DNA of 64,000 nt, from the NCBI GenBank assembly GCA_004431415.1, contig QPMI01000071.1, forward strand, positions 248,001 through 312,000, read 5' to 3'. The position numbers and the translations under genes were made by a program. Source of the stretch: Cyanophora paradoxa CCMP329. Lineage: Eukaryota; Plantae; Glaucophyta. Positions 57,001 to 64,000 of this stretch are shown here, in pieces. How positions within the stretch are numbered: the first letter of the stretch is position 1; every line of letters begins with the position of its first letter. The notes under the pieces are model-generated. The model ran no database searches. It was not told the origin of the DNA and worked only from the letters and a program-made list of their open reading frames with translations.

Positions 57001-60000
57001 AACGGGCACCCGCAACGTTATGGGTCCCGCAACCGTTTCGCTCGTCTCCGCCTCCAACTCAAGCACGCCGACCTCGGACGCCGCCGATCGCGAGCAAGCT
57101 GCCCATTACATCGTGGTGCGCAATGCGCACGCGCTTGATGGCTCCTGTTGGAGCCGCCCCTTAAATCTTCGCAGGTGCTGCACGAGCACGCGGAGATACA
57201 GCACCTCGGGGCTGTCATAGCGCGTGGGATTAGCGGTGCAGACGGAGACAAGGACATGGGTAGCGGCAGGATGCGGGTCCGCCACGTCTTCCGGCACGCC
57301 TTCCTCGGCTTCAGCGCCAGGTGCGCTTCCATTCGGCCCTTTCATACATTCAGCATCTCCTCACTTTCCCACGCCACCACTCCTGCCTTTAATTCCTTAT
57401 CTCGTCTCGCAGCATATCGCGCGCGGCAGCCGAATCGCTCCGCTCACACGAGCACGTGAAGCTCGTCGTGCCCGACGCGGTCCGCGCGCGCCCGCCGCCG
57501 TCCTCTCTGGACCTGAGCCCGCGCAGACCGTGTCGCCCGCCCAGGCGGTGGACTTCACGGCGGTTGGTTACGGCCCCCAGCCTTGGGGAGACGTCGTGCC
57601 GTGGCACCTCGACCGGTGCGGTGCCGCGCCTATCGCAATTAATATCGCGGAGGGTCTTTGTCTCATTGTCCTTGCAGACTGGACCAGCAGTCGCGCGAGC
57701 TGGACGGCCGCTTTGACAGGGGGACAGTAAACGGGTCGGGCGTCGACATTTACGTCGTCGACACGGGCGTGCTCGCCACGCACAGCGAGCTCGAGGGCCG
57801 CGTCGTGCGCTCTGCCCATAGTCCCATCAAAAGTCTAATGAAGAGCGATCCGTCAACGAGCGCGCTCATGGCTGGGTACCGCAGATTCGGCTCTATGATG
57901 TGGATTCGGCGCTATACACCTCAAGCAGCGAGAATTGGGCGAGCGACTGCGCGCGATCACCCGACTCACACGGGACGGCCGTCGCTGCGGCCGCGGCGGG
58001 GCGCACATTTGGCGTCGCGCCAGGGGCCACCGTTCTCTCAGTAAAGGTCTTCAGACGGTCCGGCGGGGTCACCGACGATTGTCCATTTGTGGCAACTGAT
58101 AGTGATACTGTGGCCGGTAAACTTGCATGCCTGTTCAAGATCTCTTAATCTGACCATCCGCTCGTCCTCAGGGTTGGAGCAGGTTCTTCTCTCCATGCAA
58201 AGCCGTGGGCGACCTTCTGTGACGCTTATCACCGTCGAAACGACTTCACGCGGGAGCGCAAATTCGCTGTACACGAATGTCATTGCGCGCCTGCGCCAGG
58301 CAGGCTCTGTCGTGATCACGGTAGGAGATTGTTCTCATCGACGGCGGACGCCGATTCCCGGTCTTCGCTGCAGCTAATGCTGCGCAGGCGGCTGGAAATG
58401 GCTACTTTGATGCGTGCGACAGTGTGCCAGGTAAACCTGCGAGCCACACTACGTTGCGAGAAAGCTGAGGTGCCGATATCGATCTCACTGTTACAAATGC
58501 AGGCAACACGCCGGGAGTGATCAACGTCGGCGCCAGCGACCAGGACGATTATCGTGCAGGTTTCTCGAACTATGGAAGGTGCGAGTAAAAATCAGCACGT
58601 ACCAGTGCCAGAATAATACCCATGTGGAAATTTATGGAGTGATTCTAGCTCGCTGACGGCAACTTGCGAAGCTGCATCTCGCTGTTTGCGCCGGGGCAGA
58701 ATGTGCGATCGGCGCTGCGGCCAAAGGAGATGGCGAGCGCGAACGGTCTGCCCGGCTTCACGGCCAACGTCGGGACTTTTCATGGGACGGCGTTTGCGGC
58801 CGGCATCGTTGCGGGCGTCGCTGCCCTCTACCGCCAGGCCCTCCCCGCCGCGTCGCTCGCCGTGCGCCTTTAGCTTGAGCGATCGATTTGATCCTCGCCT
58901 CCGTTATTCATGGCCCAGGGTCGGCAGGTCATCGAAGATGCACTGGTGAACGGTGCAGTCCCAATGATGCGGTCGTCAATCCTGAACAACAGCCCCAACC
59001 GTCTCCTCAGCGTCTCCAAAGTGCTTTTGCCTGGTGCTAAGCTCTGCTCTGACGGGTCCACGTTGGGCTTTCCTAACCGTTGTTTGCATGCAGGTGCGAC
59101 AGGCACAATTGGGCCCGCCGCTTACGACGCCTCTCTCTTCTCGGGGGTCGAGATCGGCATGTGCTCGTTCACCCCAAACACGACCGTCGGGCGGCCGAGC
59201 GCGCTGCACCGGCAGCTGCTGCAGTGGGGCGATGCGTATTTCGATGTCGCCTCTGAGCCTGCCAAGGCCACCAGCGTCTTCCTAGCCCGCCTCCGCGTGG
59301 AACAGGACTAGTGCGCTTATCGCGAGTTTTGATGGCTGCACTTGAAACCTGAATCGGACGCGTGCAGCACCGGGCTCGAGATCACGCTGCGCGATTTTTC
59401 GCTAAGCCACCCTTCGCTCGCGGTGTACATCGGAAACCCAGCGATGCCGTCGAACGAGCGGCGTCTGTATGGCTGGTTTCAAACGCAGGGCTTTGAGAAC
59501 TCTCGATATGGTAGCCTCGTCCTGGAAGTGCAACTTCGCGCGCGATCTGATGCCCTCCGGCAGGGACCACTATCCGGCCTGGGACGTACTACATTCTTAT
59601 TCAGGGCAACATTGCAACAGGAAACATAGCCGGGCCCAGTCCCGTTCCATACCAACCAAGAGAATACGATCCCATCTTGACCGGCGATGTAACTAAGACG
59701 AGCTATGGTAACACGACGGGCTACTTCCGCCTCGATGCGTTCGACATCTCAGCGTGCCCGTACCGCGATCATGCACCCGACTACTGGACCGATGACGGCA
59801 CCTGCAAGTTTGCGAGCAATTTCGGAACCTGTTCAAGGAATTTGCTCGTTTCTCGATCCTACAGCGCTCAGGTACCACGGCGGATCCATTGTTTGCCGTC
59901 GGGGCTGGAATCGCTTACACGTGCGCAGGGTCTGCAATCGCTGCTCACGAGAGCGGGCTTAGGCTGGATTGGACCGTCGTCGTACCGGGATTTTGTCATG

Positions 60001-63000
60001 CGTTTCGAGCTACCTATATCAATGAACAGTGAGACGTTTTGGCTCAATAATCACGGAATCCGCATGATGCCGGACTGTGGGGAAGCGTACGGTGCGCCTC
60101 CTGTTGTTTTCGTGGCCTTTGCAGGTTTAGCAGTTGATGTTCGTATCCACAGGCGACTGGTGCAATCGTGACGGCCAGGCAATCGTCGTTACTGATAGTT
60201 GTCCTACTGACCCGGCGTCCAGTGTCGTTGCTGTGTGCCCGCTGTGCAGCTCGTCTTTTTTTTCAATCCGCTAACTTTGGGCACTATTTCACAGTCCAAT
60301 TACTGGACTGATTGGCATAACGCACGTTTGCCCATCTACACTGACACAAAAATTCTTTTGTCTGGTGAGCACACTTGAAATGCCAGTGTCCAGCATGCGA
60401 AATGCTAATATGCCAAATGCACTGCATGCGCAGGCACGTACTATGCCGTGCACTTCATGAAAAATGCAGGGACTGCCACTTGGGCGTCCTGGGTTACTGA
60501 GCACGGCCTCGCAGCCTCACATTTTACGAGGTCCGCTTTCCTCAAAGGCGCATACAAGTCTGTTTATCGGATTATAAAGTATACGGTTACAGGAAGACGG
60601 AGTACTGTCAGTTAGGCTCGGACCCGACGCCCACATGTAAGCGTATCTGTCTGAAATTTATGTAAGCCATCTCGCGCTTATCATGTGCTTTCAATTTCTT
60701 GCAGACTCTTATTGCCCGGCAAGCACAATCACGACTTCTCTTTCGTTCTGCCGAAAGCGAGACTCGACGCTGCTTGGGCGTGCGAGCGTCGCTGGGGGGG
60801 CCTTCCCGGGCGCTTTGTTTCTGCTCAGCAAGCTCACAAAAGCACGGTTGGTCTTCTTAGCAATGCAAAAGGGTTCAAAGGAAATTTTAGCTGACATTTC
60901 ATGCTGCACAGAACGGGTGCAAGCATCAGCGTGTGTAGCCCTACGCCAGATTTCACTCCGACTATCTCCTTCTACTTCGGCTGCCCCGGCACCGCAGGCA
61001 GCCTCCTTGTCGCCACAGGTGTGATCCTATGCCGGTTTGTTTCCTCGATACGCTGCTGCTGAGATATCATTTAGCCGTGGGCTGCTCACTGGTCGTGACA
61101 AACGCGAAGTACTACTCGCTGATGCCGGACAACCCGTACTACGTCGTTGTGGAAGGTGCGATTAGAGCTTAGTACTAAGCTTAGGGTCTGAGCTTAGTAC
61201 ATATGCGCAGGTTCTGTGCCGAGCTCTACGAGTGGCAGATTTACGCTATCTATATCGGATGCGCTTTGCGCGAGCCCTATCGAGTACGAGACTGTCATGC
61301 CTGTGCTAACCCTCACCGTTCTCAACTCCACGAGCCTTCAAGTATCTGTTTCGGCCACAGACAGCGACACTGCCGCGCTGTGGACCACCGCTAGTATCAG
61401 TTGCAATGGCGTGACATATACCGCGACCCGCGGTTCGTCGCAAGCGGTCTTCATCTTGAACAACCTGCTTCCAGCCACGGTTTATTCATGCCAGGGGCGT
61501 CTGGACCCGTCCGCGGGGTCCTCAGCCTGGTCGGCGGCCTACACTGTGACGCTGCCTCCTGCAACTCCTTCCCTATCGTTGGCACCGCTCAACGCGACGG
61601 CTCTGCAGGCGACTGTGACAATCGGCGACGCAGCAAGCGCGGCTCTGACCAACGGGACAGAGGTTGTTTGTACCGGCTCCGTGGGAACAGTCCGCCGGCC
61701 CCCTGGCGAGCTCGTCATTGACCTCGCTTCGCTGCTTCCGGGGACGGCCTACCAGTGCCAAGCTCGGCTGCTGTCAGCAGCAGGTCCATCGGATTTCTCG
61801 GCAGAGGCAACGGCCACCACGCAGCTGGCGCCGAAGCTAACGTACATAGCAGTCGATGCAAGGAGCGACTGGTTGGGTTTCAACGTGCGAGTGGCAAAGA
61901 CAGCGGGCGTGGCGGTTGGACAGGGCTACTTGTATGAGAACGGATCCGCCTTATTTCCATTTTCAATGTTTGAAATCAGCGGCAATCGCTTAGCAATGGC
62001 CTTCGGTATGACGAATCGCGTTCCCGAGACACTTTACGTCTACACGGCAGACTACGAGACACAGGGTCAGCGATCAGCGCTCAGCGACCCTCTGCAAATT
62101 ATCACAGCCCATCGTGCGCCGACGCTGGCATGGGTGCAATCTCGTGCAACAGATATCAGAATCAGCATAATATCAGCCGGCGGGTCATCTACAGCTCCCA
62201 TCGCGCAAACAATGGTATTTAAAGATGGAGTTCTGGTGTTTACTTACACTGACGGTGCACTGGCCGAGTATGTGGACACTAGTGTGGTACCTGGGCGTCA
62301 GTATGCATACACGGCGCGTTACATGGGTGCAGGCATTCCAGGGACAGTGCTCGACAGTACAGGCACCTCTATGACACGCGGCGAGCTTTCGTCGAGTCTC
62401 GTGGCAACCGCGGCTCCCGCAAAGCCACAGATCTCGCAGGGCGATGCCGCCTCGACCGCCACCTCTGTCAGCGTCAAGATCAGCCTGCCCAGCGACGGGA
62501 GCACGTCGCTTTACAACGGGACCGAAGTGTACCGCAACGGGACGCTCATAGCCACGCTCCAGAAGAATGTGCTGAACTGGACGAGCACTGGCCTTCAGCC
62601 TGGCACCTTGTACATCTTCCACGCCGTGCTGACGACAAGTGAGACCAGACTGCGAGTTGTCTCCGATTCGTCGGACAGCCTGGAGCTATGGACCGCCCTG
62701 CCTGCGCCTCAGCTGGCCATCGATGGCACTACACCTGTACCGTCGGTTACCGTGAACGTTCCCCTGCCTCCGGGGCTTGAGAGCACCGTCGTGATGACTG
62801 TCTGCTGGGAGACCTCGTCCCCAGATTTCACCTTCTTCGTTCTCAATGAGCAGTTCTTTGTCTCAAGTGCACCTGGTGATACGGGCTACACGGTAGACTG
62901 GGCGACAACGTACGTCTGGAAGTGCGTGTTCGAGGGCTTGGGTGGCACCACGAGCGCGTCGGGCTTGGTCAGCGTGACGCTGCCTCCAAAGGCTCCCATC

Positions 63001-64000
63001 ATCACAATGAGGGCAGTATACTCTGCAGCAATTAATGTGACCGTCGACATCGAGAACCACGCTGCAAGCAAGGCGCTTGCTACCGACTACCAGCTGACAT
63101 GCAACGACACAAACACGGCACGCACGGTTGCCATTGTGCTGAGCGGCCCGTCGCTGGTGACCCTAGCGGGCTTGCAACCGATGACCACGTACGCATGCTG
63201 GGCGAAGGTATCGTCATCGGCGGGCGACTCACGTAACTCGAAGACCGCGTCTGCAATAACAGATAACTTGCCAGAGCCGACCGTGAGGACGACCGCCGTC
63301 AACGCAACGGCGGTATGGGTCGAGGTTACACTGCCGGAGCTTCAAGCCCAGGTCAAAGTTTCAGGCGTGCGGATCTCCCGGGCCATGTCCAATGCGACAG
63401 CGGGGGGCGCCTGGGCAACCGTTGTGACAATCTCGACGGCGGACACCGACGGCAAGTACCGCCACGTCGACGGGGGCCGCGCCTCACAGACGGAGTACTG
63501 GTACAAGGCGGTGTACCTGACGCCGTCGGCCTCGAAAGAGAGCGCGACGACAATGGCCCGCACTGGCCCACCGGCAGCCATTCTTTCGTTGAACTACATG
63601 AAGGCCTACGAAGTGGCAGTGAACCTCGTTCAGACCGGTCTCAGCACGCAGCTCGTCTCCGGAACATACATTAGACGCAGCGGGACGCTTGTCTGCTCCT
63701 CAGCCACCGGCATGATAGCCTCGTGCCTGGATAACACCGAAGCGATCAGCCCCGGTGTCACGTACGAGTACACGGCGCAGTACGAGGGGCGGGTCTTTTA
63801 CGAAGGACAAGAGCGCAATGAGCAGGGGTTGATCTCGGCTCCGCTCTCCTTGACAACGCCGCTGGTGGCGAAGCCCGTCATCTCGTACCAGAAGATCACC
63901 GCGACGACTGCAGAGATCTGCGTGACGTACCCGGCAGACGGCAGCCACAAGGAAATTGTCACGACGGAGTTCTCTCGTGTATACCAGCCGACAAGCACAG
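54017..64000 (+). CDS. Gene C: secreted tandem subtilase (signal peptide - I9 - S8 - I9 - S8[Ser->Ala] - accessory domains - FN3 array); 3' end outside window
   Basis: MYMYLAVAVLAIVAASVS signal peptide. I9 motifs YIVVL..VRHVFRHAFLGFSA..VKFIVPD occur twice, each followed by an S8 domain. In-frame splice VLLH|GITG links the two units. The last exon from ~61211 reads as FN3 repeats to the window end. Confidence 0.8.
55460..56930 (+). CDS. First S8 domain of gene C (triad intact)
   Basis: VDIYVVDTGV, SHGTAVAAAAAG, AAGN, HGTSFAAG (Ser TCA 56694-56696). Confidence 0.9.
57540..59032 (+). CDS. Second S8 domain of gene C (pseudo-protease)
   Basis: Asp, His and AAGN motifs are retained, but the nucleophile motif reads HGTAFAAG (GCG 58790-58792). 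Confidence 0.85.
61211..64000 (+). CDS. FN3-like repeat exon of gene C (runs off window)
   Basis: After gcgcag|GT it reads SVPSSTSGRFTLSISD..NLLPATVYSCQG..LLPGTAYQCQAR..GLQPGTLYIF..GLQPMTTYAC; homologous to gene A exons. Confidence 0.8.

Noticed and set aside
60060-60230. Expansin/barwin-like DPBB motif (CGEAY..WC..IVVTDSCP)
   Set aside because: Resemblance is limited to a few residues, and the gene A paralog does not keep the pattern well; needs HMM or structure evidence.

Overview
GC-rich, intron-dense eukaryotic DNA (protist or alga). Introns are mostly 50-100 nt with GTGCGC/GTGAGT-type donors and some GC donors, and intergenic DNA is rich in short palindromes. The style is reminiscent of the glaucophyte Cyanophora, but this is unverified. 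Manual splicing gives three very large genes. (A) A minus-strand gene from ~25.8 kb running off the left edge: signal/anchor, Kelch-like repeats, FN3-like arrays alternating with duplicated LamG/ConA-like blocks, an internal S8 subtilase, then more FN3. (B) A minus-strand gene at ~50.3-29.3 kb that appears to fuse a signal peptide, an extracellular GH16 glycoside hydrolase (EIDLE motif), a Cys-rich region and a TM helix to a complete, divergent FKS1/callose-type GT48 1,3-beta-glucan synthase. This is the most notable item. (C) A plus-strand paralog of A from ~54.0 kb off the right edge: signal peptide, I9-S8 (triad intact), I9-S8 (catalytic Ser->Ala), then an FN3 array. The intergenic blocks carry hAT-like MITEs/remnants. 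All domain calls come from motif recognition by eye; no searches were run.
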